In this document: positions 13,558 to 25,878 of the stretch, piece by piece
Position numbering within the stretch: the first letter of the stretch is position 1
Layout of the letters: each line of letters begins with the position of its first letter
DNA from: Eledone cirrhosa
Taxonomy: Eukaryota
Direction: 5' to 3'
DNA: 64,000 bases
Assembly (NCBI GenBank): GCA_964016885.1
Contig: OZ024743.1
Span: 278,194,001 to 278,258,000, forward strand
The notes under the pieces: generated by a model
Databases searched by the model: none
What the model saw: the letters and a program-made list of their open reading frames with translations, nothing else
Told to the model about the DNA's origin: nothing
Made by a program: the position numbers and the translations under genes

Positions 13558-14050
13558 ATATACACATATATATATATATATTAATAGATAGATACATTGA
13601 TACATATGTATGTATTTATATAAATGTGTCTGTGTTTGTGTGTTCAACTATGCATGCATACTTACATACATACATATGTGTATGTGTGCTAGGATTTCAA
13701 GCAAAATGTCACTCGTATGAAATATAACACTACATAATGTGATATTAAATATACCATGATAGTTGCCTAGGAACAAAAGTTTGGATGCTGACAATCGCGA
13801 TATTTTCCATCATAGATATGCTTCATTAAGTCTGTTCTGTTGCTAAACCACCTCAAAAATCTCTATCATTCTGTGCACCAGGGGTCCTCGTTACCGGAAC
13901 ACTTTTGGTCATAAGTATGTTAGATAACTATGCTCATAAGTATGCTGATATTAGCTTCACATGGAAACCAATGATTAGCAAACTGAAAATGTTCTCAAGA
14001 GAAGACTTTCTGTAGAACAGTGCAGAAATCTGTCTATGTATCTATCTCTC

Positions 14051-14085
<35 letters not shown>

Positions 14086-14099
14086 ATATATATATACGC

Positions 14100-14135
<36 letters not shown>

Positions 14136-15745
14136 AGAGAGAGAGAGAAAGTGAAAGAGAGAGAGAGAGATAGACAGACAGACAGAAAATTAACAAAGAA
14201 AAACATACACACACACACATATATATATATACACACACATATATATATATATATATGTAGAAATCAACTCAGTTCGGAATGAGCAAGACACGTTCACCTG
14301 ATGTGACATGTCTGACAATGGGGCACTCGTCAAACCCATGGTTGCGTGCAAAAATGGACGTTGAATGTCGATTATTATGATGATAGTGAAGTTTTTCTAT
14401 ATTACTTATTAAATAAAAATACAATGTTTTGGGGGGTATGTTATTTTGTGTTTGAAACAGTAACATATATACCCCTGTTAAATGAAATTATGATAGTGCA
14501 AGGGTATAATTTGAGATACCATAGATATAAAATATCTATAGTAAAATTCATTCTGAAAGAGACTATAAATTTTCACACATAAAAAATTTCAATCAAATAA
14601 GTTATTAAATTATGAAATTTAAAACTATTTTCTTTTCAAATGTAAATATACCGTAATACGCGTTTGAATTTTAAAATAGTGAAATAAATCGGCGCCATTA
14701 CTCTTGGAGACGGAATAAAGTCGAACAGCAATTGACATGATTTCTTCGATTATTTCATAGTAAAATAGAGGCATTGTGACAGCTTTTCATTAAAAGAACA
14801 AATAGACTTCAAAATTTCCCATTCGTCTAATAATTTAGTAAAAACAATATCGGTTTGTTTAAATATCTGTTAACATAGGATACTCGAACACGTCGTAGAA
14901 AAAGCAATTCTCCAATAAATACATCTACACAAATATAACAGACAAAATGCTTAGTAAAAACCACAAATATAACATGTGGTGTACATCAACTAACTGCCCC
15001 TTACTTATATACTGCTTCCCAAAATTCATTAAACAGTACAAAAAATATACGGTACATCCACATATTACACTGTTATATATAGTCCTGTTTGAAGATAGAT
15101 ATTTGGAAAATATTTACTTTAAATATCAAACAAAATGTCGTAAAATACTTAACGACCTGTTGCAAAAAAAACCGCTTTCCCTAGTGTGCTGGTATCGTTT
15201 TTTTTCTGAGTTGTTTCAACTTCCAAAGAACCAGAATATCAATGAATATTGTCATATTTATATAAGTATCTTGAACATACACCGGAAATTGATTAACTGC
15301 GTATGTTGCATGAACACTGTATCCTATCTAATTGTAAAATAACAATTAGATTATATTACGAAATTATCAGAAATAAAGGTTTCTCATGAACAGCAAATCA
15401 CAATCCTACAAGCCGCAAAAAGTGATTTAGTGTAACATCCAAATTTCAACGTACACAATAAATTTATAAACCTTATGATTCAAAAACTATATTGGACATA
15501 CAATGACAACATTTCTAATCTGTTGACAAGACATTTAACACAACGTGTCATTACTGAACATTATAACAGAAGAAAAATAGAAAATTAAATAGAAAAACCT
15601 TTGTTGCTAGCACCAGAAGCGTTCTTAATAATATTACAAAAACAAAAGTCAATACATTGATTCAAAACGTCAAATGTCGTGCAATAATATAATATATTAT
15701 ACTATAATTATTTCTACTTTTGGCACAAAACACACATGTATATAC

Positions 15746-15789
<44 letters not shown>

Positions 15790-15794
<5 letters not shown>

Positions 15795-15985
15795 AAAAAG
15801 TATGACCCCGACGGCAGAGCTCAAGCCGTTTCGACGGCTATTTCTGGACTCCAGAAATAGCCGTCGAAACGGCTTCAGCTCTGTCGTCGGGGGTCATACT
15901 TTTTCCTATTTCCCACTCTACTACCCTAAGTATTGAGTACTCTGGTGCGTTATGGTCCACCTGGTTCCTTACCACAATTCCTTTG

Positions 15986-15986
<1 letters not shown>
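15790..15986. mobile_element. Fold-back palindrome (~60-bp arms, centre 15849) with tail; PLE-type remnant
   Basis: Arms carry a hammerhead 3' half (GAAA-CGGC..GCCG-TC in the left arm read on the - strand); related copy at 52091-52251. Confidence 0.75.
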
Positions 15987-16047
<61 letters not shown>

Positions 16048-16164
16048 ATAAATACATACATACCCAAAGTATAAACCTCCAACGTTAGCTTGATATGGGT
16101 ATTGTAAGCTAACGCTGGAGGTTTGTAATTTGGGAATCTCATTAACTTATGTATCAAATATTGT

Positions 16165-16222
16165 ATTTTATCTGATGAAACCATACTATAATTTGGTATC
16201 CTTGAAATATGTATAATAAAAT
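16165..16222 (+). ncRNA. Hammerhead ribozyme motif with imperfect stem II
   Basis: ATTTTAT-CTGATGA...GAAA-TATGTA-TA-ATAAAAT; related to 23123-23175; hairpin at 16063-16133 upstream. Confidence 0.6.
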
Positions 16223-16378
16223 AAACATGATGCCATAGTGATACTTTCCATTTAATACTATCGTTAATAATATAATACTCCAGATAAATAACTGAAGAGT
16301 GCTTCATATCTGTTATGTACATAACTCTGTTGAATACTCATCAACAAAGCATATACTTCATTGTTTATATATATCCTT

Positions 16379-16408
<30 letters not shown>

Positions 16409-16413
<5 letters not shown>

Positions 16414-16549
16414 ACAGACCCTCCATCTCAACTCACCTTTTGAAAAGCAGAAGAACTGCGAAACCGGTAAAGGAACCAAATAAATATATATATTTTTTTT
16501 AAAAATAAGACTTCAGTTGCATTTTCGATTTCATCTCTTTTTCTTTATA
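16409..16549 (+). mobile_element. Short repeat with degenerate-core hammerhead (16436-16473)
   Basis: CCTT-TTGAAAA-GCAG-aagaa-CTGC-GAAA-CCGG-TA-AAGG; second copy at 51853-51993. Confidence 0.65.
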
Positions 16550-16629
16550 CTTTCACTCGTGTAGGACACCTCGGTTATTTTTCATTTTGTAAAAAAAACC
16601 CTCACTTTCTAATATATATATATATATAT

Positions 16630-16826
16630 AGTTTTAATATAGATGAGATTCTACAGGAATAGAACGGTTTCATTCTTTAGAAATCATCAGGAATCTTCTT
16701 GGTGATTTCTAAAGAATGAAACTGTTCTAATCCTGTAGAATCTCATCTATATTAAAACTTTTATACTATGCTATGTATTGAGTACCTTACTTACTGTGGT
16801 TACCTCCGATTCAACCCGGAATAATT
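16630..16826. mobile_element. Fold-back palindrome (~64-bp arms, centre ~16694) with hammerhead and tail
   Basis: Minus strand 16695-16647: GATTC-CTGATGA-tTTC-taaa-GAAt-GAAAC...GTA-GAATC. Confidence 0.75.
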
Positions 16827-16840
16827 TATCTATCTATCTC

Positions 16841-16881
<41 letters not shown>

Positions 16882-17109
16882 TTATCTATACCATACGATG
16901 GACACATGTGCTGAGCTCGCTCGGTAAGTTTTGTTTAAATTCATCCGGAAATTGTAAACTGTGAACTTTCATTTTTGTACCATTTTGTAGAGGGACTGCC
17001 AGGTCAAACTTTGATCTGGTCAGTCTCTCAAAATATTCTACGCCTTTAGGCGAAATAGTTAAACAAAAAAAAAAGTTTTTTCTTGTTGAAAGGTCAATAT
17101 TTTTTTTAA

Positions 17110-18902
17110 ATGGCCGAAGCTTCTTCACCAACATTCGAAGGAGGAAAGGGGAAGATAAACTTACAGCTTCCCCCTGTCACTGTCACAGTAGCAGAGGTCA
17201 AGAAGAAAGGTCAGCTAGAGGAAGAATTCTCTCCACCTGTTAACCGACAACTTGACGTTGCCATGGCAACAACCCAAAGAACCAGCGGCAACAGCAACAA
17301 CAACAACAATGCGACGGACGAAAACAACACCAATAACAATAACAACAACAACAAGACCAATAACGGTGACAACAACAACAATGATAACAACAACACCACC
17401 AACGACAACAACAACACAAACAAACAAAATTTCTCCTTCGCCGAGACGACAAGGAAAACCCTCGACTATCTGCCAGTAGATATAACCAAAGCGAAGGAGC
17501 TACTGGCAGATGCGAAAAAATATATAGTGTACGGAGAAAATGGTTCATTCACAATCCATTCCCCCACCCCCCGGAACTAAAAAGCCAGAGACTCCTAAAC
17601 ACGGTCATGTTTAGGACAATCTCGAACAAAAGTAAAAAGCCAGCTCAACCATCACAGAGTGAGATAGAGCTGGTTTTAAAAGACGTCATGAAGGACATCA
17701 CCTTCATTCAGAAGGATAGACTCTACGGGAGTCTATCCATTCTCATGAAGGACAGGGACACAGCAGTGAAACTGTCCATCAAACCAATCACATCCACCAC
17801 ATACACCTTCTACCCTACGTACATGGGTAGAAGAACACAAAAAATAAAAATCCACACCATCCTGCCGATTATGGACATATGGTGGGTTTTGACAGGTTTC
17901 CTGGACCTGGAGGATGACATGCTGGTGTCCATGGGAAAGGCATCGGGTGACGCGTTCAGTGGAACGAGCCTCGAACTTGTAGCTCAAATGAGGCCCGAAA
18001 GGATTGCCCAGATCCCTGAACGCGTCATACTGGATGATCTAACCTTCATCAACATTACCGTCGAGGGTAGACGGCCCTCGTGTTACCTCTGCGGAACCAG
18101 AGGTCACCTGAGGGCTGTCTGTCCCCAACTTAATAAGAAAACCCCAATCCTGCCTACACCACCAACAACTGCACAACCAACACAATCACCACAACTACCA
18201 CTACAAAAACAACCACCACAGCTCAAACCAAAACAAAAAAATGTCCAACCCATCCCCTCCACTCAAAAAACAAAAACAATTTCCAAAACACCCGCACCGC
18301 AAACACAACCCGAAAATATACCCCTCCCCTCCAACGCGGAAGATGACCCTAGTTCGTCGTCAGACGAGGAGGAGCACTTCCACACAATCAAAAGAAAAAA
18401 AAGAAAACACACCTCAGACACACAAATGAAAACAACCCCTCCCCAAAACATGACACTGACACCAACACAAAAGAGCTCACAACAACAGCAAACAAAAAAC
18501 ACCACACAAAAACAAAAACATGCATACACATACATAAACACAAGAAACAAAAAACTGTTAAACATTGTGTACAACAACAATCTAATAAAAACACAAGGGC
18601 CTAACTTCACCCAGGCAGGGGATTTCCCCCACCTCAAAATGATTAAGGCCCCACAGGACACCTATGAAACTTTAAAAAATAATTTTAAAGAGGACGTGGG
18701 TCCCCCCTGCGTCGGGCCCATTAACCGCGTCCTCCTAAAAAACTACCCCACCCCCTCCCCAAACACCCACACAACTCCAAGCTCCCCAACCACACAACAC
18801 ACTGATGCCCCTACACTTCCACAAACCACCACCCCACCCAACAACCCATCCCCCACCCTAATGGAAATTGTGCAGCCCGATACCCGGGACGCAGAGAAGT
18901 AA
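17110..18902 (+). pseudogene. ORF1 (CCHC zinc knuckle), one frameshift in the poly-C run at ~17565
   Basis: VEGRRPSCYLCGTRGHLRAVC; homologous to ORF 34923-36329. Confidence 0.8.
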
Positions 18903-18926
18903 GTGCCTTTTCTCTTCACCACCAAC

Positions 18927-21900
18927 ATGGCTATGCTAAGAGTAGGCTGTTTAAATGCGCGTGGCCTGGGCTCAACTTGGAAGCAAGGAATGCTTCTAAA
19001 TGACCTCAGGTCACAACGTATAGATGTGATGGTTATTTGCGAGGCCCGGATCAGCAACGTGCGACAGCTGGCCCCCACCTTTGATGACTTTGAGATGCAC
19101 GCATCTCTCTGTCAGCCCGGAGGTGGGGGTGGAGTTGTCGTTCTGCTGCAAAAACATCTGGGTCTCGCAACACAGATGGTACATTTGGACCCGGAGGGTC
19201 GACTAGTGGTTCTGGACCTTGGCAGTGGTAAAGGCGGAGCGTTTAGGTTGGTAGCCGCCTACGGCCCTTTCGGGTCAATGCGGCCGGACTTCTTCCATCG
19301 TCTGGAGACTTTTCTAGGGACGGCCCGCTCCTTGCTATTAGTGGGGGACTGGAATGGTATCCTAGAAGCACGCTGGGACTACGTAGGGGCCTGCCCCGAT
19401 AGAGAGGGGTGTAATAGCCTCAAAGGGTTAATCGGTCGATTTGACCTGGCCGATAGATATCGACTAGATTTTCCGACTGCGCCAACCTGGACTTGGGCAA
19501 ATCGTAGCGGATCATCTAGGTCGTACCTAGATAGGTTCTTAGTTAGAATTAAGGATAAGGACTTTTTAAGTTGTCCAAAAATGCGCATGGTTGGCTATTC
19601 AGACCACAAATTAGTGACCTGCATGGTCAACCTTGACAGAACTCATAGACAGGGACCCGGTTACTGGAAGCTCAACTTGTCCTTACCGGCAAGTAAGGCT
19701 TACAGGAACCGGATTAGCACTTTAGTTAAGGAGCGGTTGACGGGCGCCATCGTCAACAGCAGGTGGTGGGGATCTCTCAAAAGAGAGATTAGAGTAGTCT
19801 CTATAGAATTTAGTAAGGAGTTAGCCTCCAATAGAAATAGGAAGGAAAGGGAGTTGGTAGATAGTGTAGAAGAGGCAATTAGAAGCGGCGACGTGGCCAG
19901 AGTGCTAGCGTCGAGAACGGCCCTGGGACAGTTCTTCGACGCGAAACACGAAGGCTGCATCGTCCGAAGCAAAATACGTGCTCTGGGAAACGAGGGGACC
20001 AAAGCTGTTAGCTGGGCCCGCGTGAAAGAAGCCAAAAGAGGGAGCAGATCCACTATCCGGTCTTTGCGAGACCAGGATGGACGGGTGATCCTTCAACCTA
20101 AGCAGATGTGCGAGGCTTTTCAAAAGCACTTTGCCGGATTGTTCGGAAGGGGCGGGGGGGCCGGTTGGGGACGTGGACTTCGGTCCATACCTCGACGGCC
20201 TGCCGCGTCTCTCGGACAGGGAGGCGAAGTCCTGCGAGGAGCCGATTTCAGCCGCTGAGATAGAGGACGGCTGAGCCAATGCGGCAAACGCAAATCCCCG
20301 GGTCTCGATGGTCTTCCATACGAACTATATCTAGCTATGCCGGACTTGTTCCCCGAACTCCTCGAGGCGGTCTACTGCAACTGGCAACAGAACAGGAGAA
20401 TTCCCTGTGCTGTGACCAAGGGCGTAGTCACGCTAGTGAGGAAGGACGAGAACAAGGGGGATGATATAAATAATTTCAGGCCCATAACTCTGCTAAATAC
20501 AGAGTTACAGATTTTGGCCAAGGTGCTAGCAAAGAGGTTGGCGCTTGTCGTGGGCAACCTGGTGGGAGATGCGCAGACATGTGCTATCCCGTCCAGGTCC
20601 ATCCACGATAACCTCCACCTCATGCGATACATCATAGAGATGGTTGGGAACGAACCCGGCTTTGGTGGGGCCCTGATCAACTTGGATCAATCTAAGGCAT
20701 TCGATAGGGTCGACCATGGTTACCTGGATGCCGTGCTAGCGGCGGCAGGCTCTGGACCCGTTTTCAGGGGATGGATCAATGCCATGCACAGCAGCCGCAT
20801 CTGCTCTAGGGTCAAGGTGAACGGCTACCTCTCGGAGCCGTTCGAAATCGCGCGGTCCATCCGACAGGGGTGACCTCTCTCCTCCCTTCTGTATGTAATG
20901 ACTCTAGAGCCACTGCTGCGGAAGTTGGAGTTGTTGCAGGGCATCCCGTTGGAACCGGGATTGCGGAAAGCGGTGTCAGCCTACGCCGATGACGTAACAG
21001 TAATGGTGTCGACGGCCTCGGAAATCGGGGCGATCGGCACCTTACTGGAGGAGTACGAAAGGTTTACAGGGGCTAAGCTGAACCGGGACAAGTCGATCGG
21101 TCTGCAACTCGGCACGTGGAGGGGCAGATCGATGCCCTCCGATGGCGTCGTCGGGCGCTGGACGGAGGGCCCGGTGAAGTTGCTCGGGGTCTGGTTCGGA
21201 CCAGACCTCCAGGTGGAGAAGAACTGGGGTAAGGTGACGAACAGGGTGTTTGCACTGACCCAGAAGTGGGCCGAGTGCAAACTGTCCCTGAAAGGACGGG
21301 CGGAGGTGGCGAACACTTATATAGCGTCCGTCATCTACTACCGCCTGACCGTTGTGCCTTGCCCAAGGGAAACGCTCGCCAAAATGGGGCGCGCACTCTT
21401 CCAATTCCTTTGGAAGAAGCGGGCTCCTATGGTGAGGAGATCCATCTGCTGACAACACCCTTCGAAAGGAGGGCTGGGGATGCCGTGGCTAATGATACGT
21501 ACACACGCATTAAGGCTACGGCACCTTCAGGTATTCCTCTCCGGTCAACCGGTGTGGGGCCCCGTTTGTGAGGCTAGCCTTTCCCAGACTCGTCTCACTC
21601 ACCGAGCTGCAATCCTGGGTCAAGCAAAGACCGAGAAAACTGGGCGCCTGGCACACCGAGTGTGCCCAGGCGCTCACGGCTCTCTGGCAGGCGGACCCGG
21701 CTGTCAGTGGAGAATCCACCTCGTCATTCTATAGAGGGCTGGTGGTTAGCAGGTGCGACGACGCCCTCGGAGAAGCCCTAGGCATGGAGGAAGACGAACT
21801 GGCCAACCTGTTCGGTAGGACATTCAGCCCGGGACCCATGGATAACTTCCAGAGGTCTCTGGCCTGGCAATGCTACAGAAGGGCTCTGCCCGATCGAGAA

Positions 21901-22365
21901 AGGCTCTACAGACACGGGCGCCCGGGTAGGGACCCATCGAAAAAGATCTGTCCCAGATGCGTGTGCGACGAGGAAACCGTTGCACACGCATTGGTACACT
22001 GTTCGGGCATTGCCGATCTGTGGGGCTATGTCGAACAACTGCTGTCAAGGGTGGGACCAATCCGGTTGACCACCGAGTCTATTGTAACGATCAAGCCGCC
22101 TCCCCTCTTCAAAAACGAAGGAGAGGCGGTGTTTCTGTGCGTAATAGCCATGGCGAAAGAGGTTGTATGGTGGACGCGTCTGAAAGGACTGAGGTCAGAC
22201 ACCTTTCTCTCTGGCCAACAACTGGTCCGTTTCTTCCGATATCATTTCGGAAGAAGGATCAGGATGGAGAGAGAGGTGCTGCACCCCAGCCGTTTCTATG
22301 AAAGATGGGTGAAAGCGGCGAGAATGGCCCGTGTGAATGGGCCTTCACTCTACATCAGACTATAG
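18927..22365 (+). pseudogene. ORF2 APE endonuclease-reverse transcriptase, disrupted
   Basis: LNARGL, GDWN, YSDHK, NFRPITLLN, DQSKAFDRV, RQG, AYADD, CPRC..H..C; stops at 20871 and 21450; frameshifts at ~20155 and ~21565. Confidence 0.9.
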
Positions 22366-22629
22366 GTGAGGAAGATGAAAGACCAAGGGAGCACCCCTTC
22401 TATGTGCTCCTGAGGAGAAGGGTTGCACACTTTTTCCGGGGGTGTGTGCGACCCCCCAAGGCGCCTCCTCTCTATTGAGGACTTTGTTATGAATTTTATT
22501 TTTTGTTATATTTTATTTTATTTTTATATATTATTATTGCCTCCTCCTTATTGAGGACGCCTTGTTTTGTAAACTCCCCCCATTGTACTTGTCCCACTTT
22601 TGATGCCCTGGTGGCAAATAAAAGAAACA

Positions 22630-22672
<43 letters not shown>

Positions 22673-22711
22673 ATATCTATCTATCTATATATCTATATAT
22701 CTATCTATCTA

Positions 22712-22796
<85 letters not shown>

Positions 22797-23024
22797 AAGG
22801 ATGAGTATTTAAAACTTTATTTTATCATGAGTTAAGGCTCTATTGATTATTCCCTGGATTTCACTAAATTCTGTTGGATGAATCTATATCCTGATTCTTT
22901 TTGAATTGAGTTTGAATTATTTTCCCCACATCTTACGTTAACTATTTTCCAATTTTGACGCTAAAGTCACTTATATATTATGGAATACTGTTGGCTTCTT
23001 GCTACAATAACTTCTATACTTTTC

Positions 23025-23080
<56 letters not shown>

Positions 23081-23122
23081 AATACAAATATTAATAAAAT
23101 AGATGTTCTTTTGATCAATTAA

Positions 23123-23175
23123 ATTTTATTATACATATTTCGGAGATACAACAGTACGTCCTCATCAGACAAAAT
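23123..23175 (-). ncRNA. Minimal hammerhead ribozyme
   Basis: ATTTTGT-CTGATGA-GGAcGTAC-tgtt-GTATcTCC-GAAA-TATGTA-TA-ATAAAAT. Confidence 0.75.
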
Positions 23176-24034
23176 ATAATGATACATGACATACCCTGAG
23201 ATGTTAAATGCTTAAGATTTAAGCAAGGTACTGATTAACCTAAGAGAAAACTCAACATTTATAGGCTAATAATGAGAAAATGCGAAAACGTATTAAATTC
23301 AATAGAGAATGTCGAATAAGAAAAACGTTGGTTAATGTAACAGCTATAGAGATTTTAAAATGTAGGATACTACAAGTTATGGTTATCAAGGAAAACATCT
23401 CATGAATTATAACTGTCCATGAGGGCCGCTGAAAGAGGATTTAAAGAGAGGGAAAGATAAAGGGGAGTAATATATGCAGAAAGAGATTTTTTTCCCAAAA
23501 GCTAAACGGTTAAGTTTCAAAATATTTAATTTATGTTATTTTAAGGGTGAAGAATCAAGATTTTAGTTGTTTTTTTAAAGTTGCTGGTTATTTCTATTTA
23601 TTAATTTTATAAATTCCATAAGTGTGTTAACATTTCTAAACTTCTGAATTTTATGAGGATAAAATTTAAAGGATTTACCTGGCCAGCGAAAGGAAAATTT
23701 ACACTGTTGAATATTTTCCTAAATGTAAACTTTAATGAAGATTAGCTATAAAGATGTCAACATTTTCGGTATGTAAAGCTTATGAAGCACTTATTGTTAG
23801 AAATATTTAAATAACGATTATGTATATAAAGATATATTAATGAGCCAGTATATTTTAGTATATCTTTAATATATATATATATATATATATATATTCATAA
23901 TATGTACGTGAGCATAAGCAAACACACACACATGAAATCTTTGATATAAGCCGCGACATAACGGAGGCATTTTGAAATATTTCAAAAGGCACACGTGTTT
24001 CTAAATTTCCTGATTGATTCGCAACCGAACCTGT

Positions 24035-24078
<44 letters not shown>

Positions 24079-24445
24079 AATTAATATATCTACCGACATA
24101 TGTATACAGATGCATACCTACGCTAGCAGATATATATGTTTTGTCTTAGTAACTATGTAGTTATATTCTTCTCCAAATTATTTGTTGAGCAAAATTTGCC
24201 AAATTAATACTGTGACTGATAGTAGTGGCTAGGATCTGTCTTAATAGCACCCCCACTCCAAGCTGGTTAACCTCAGTGTCACGTGATTAATTCTTTTGAA
24301 TTTGCCACTTGACCAAGGAGGCAGCGAATTTTTCAGTGCTTAGAATCTAGCCCCGCTCGATTTTTTCGCTTTTTTCCATCCACTGAATTATTGTTATATA
24401 AGCTTCCAGTGTCCCCGCATTGCCTCGTGGCTTAGCTGAGAATAG

Positions 24446-24524
24446 ACTCTCTGATGACGTAAGGCTTCTCTACAGGTATTACATAACTGTATTTATCCCC
24501 TTACAGAAACTAATTAGTTGGAGT
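24446..24524 (+). ncRNA. Hammerhead ribozyme motif
   Basis: ACTCT-CTGATGA-cGTAAGG...CCTTACa-GAAA-CTAATTAG-TT-GGAGT; palindromic stem III. Confidence 0.7.
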
Positions 24525-24571
24525 GAAATTTTAGTAAGTAAGTCAATTTTCATAACTTTCTTATTTACGCC

Positions 24572-24651
<80 letters not shown>

Positions 24652-24656
24652 GTATA

Positions 24657-24716
<60 letters not shown>

Positions 24717-24863
24717 GTGTGGGTGGAGGAAGGGTTGAAAACCGACATAAGATAAAGTAGCAAAACAATGAATCGATACTATGTTAATTAACACTTAATA
24801 TACTTGGAAATAGGAGAAGAGAAAAATCGCGATCATACATATATACATACATATATATATAAA

Positions 24864-24912
<49 letters not shown>

Positions 24913-24957
24913 TTAAAACAATGAAATAGAAAATCAAGTCATTAGAGATATACTTCA

Positions 24958-25147
24958 CTGCTTTACGATCGTTTCTAGGTGATGATAATACATTGTAGCT
25001 ATACCCCGTATTGATCTATGTAAGGTTAGTTACAAAATATCAGATAAAGAGAATATTACTTACAGATAAATAGAATATTTACTTTCCGGGCTTTATCTTA
25101 ACCTACAACATTTTCAACATACGGATTACATCGAGTTCTTCATGCAG
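24958..25147 (-). ncRNA. Degenerate hammerhead-like motif with long stem II region
   Basis: CTGC-ATGAAGA...GAAA-CGATCG-TA-aa-GCAG. Confidence 0.4.
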
Positions 25148-25183
25148 AATAGACCCGACAACTTACTGTGGATACCTCTGTGG

Positions 25184-25224
<41 letters not shown>

Positions 25225-25410
25225 TAAGTCCTTCATCAGTGACCCTCCAACCGTCCCAGGCATTTCATCGCTTTAAGGGCCATATGCCTCAGGTTGGTGC
25301 GAACAACGGCTAAAAAAAGTCGTTGGGACACGTAAACAAAGGGGACGCCAGGGTAACAAACAAAAAGGTTTAAGCAACGGAAAGTGAGAAGAAATAGACA
25401 CAAATATATA

Positions 25411-25734
25411 TATATAGCTTTCACCGTATTTTTGACTAAAGTAATTTTAGCCAGATAATGGGGTTTAGAACCCTCAGATAAATGGAAAAAGATGAGTATT
25501 GACGTACATGTACGTTTCATACTCATCTTTTTCCATTTATCTGAGGGTTCACCGTATTTTTGACTAAAGGAATTTTAGCCTGATTGTGGGGTTTAGAACC
25601 CTCAGATAAATGGAAAAAGATGAGTATTGACGTACATGTACGTCAATACTCATCTTTTTCCATTTATCTGAGGGTTCTACACCCCACAATCAGGCTAAAA
25701 TTCCTTTAGTCAAAAACACGGTGAAAGTTATATA
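25411..25734. repeat. Palindrome with internal 128-bp tandem duplication (two hairpin centres)
   Basis: Centres GTACA|TGTAC at 25508/9 and 25636/7. Confidence 0.85.
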
Positions 25735-25780
25735 TTTTCTAATTTCAAACCTGCTCATTGTTTCAAAACATACTTAATTG

Positions 25781-25811
<31 letters not shown>

Positions 25812-25814
25812 TAC

Positions 25815-25877
<63 letters not shown>

Positions 25878-25878
<1 letters not shown>

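Larger units (their letters stand above)
16891..22630 (+). mobile_element. Full-length Tx1/L1-clade retrotransposon inserted in (TATC)n
   Basis: ORF1 + ORF2 (APE-RT); 3' end AATAAAAGAAACAT; (TATC)n at 16827-16888 and 22630-22715. Confidence 0.9.

Noticed and set aside
14947-15342. 131-aa ORF as a host gene or transposase
   Set aside because: No recognisable motif; AT-rich chance ORF.
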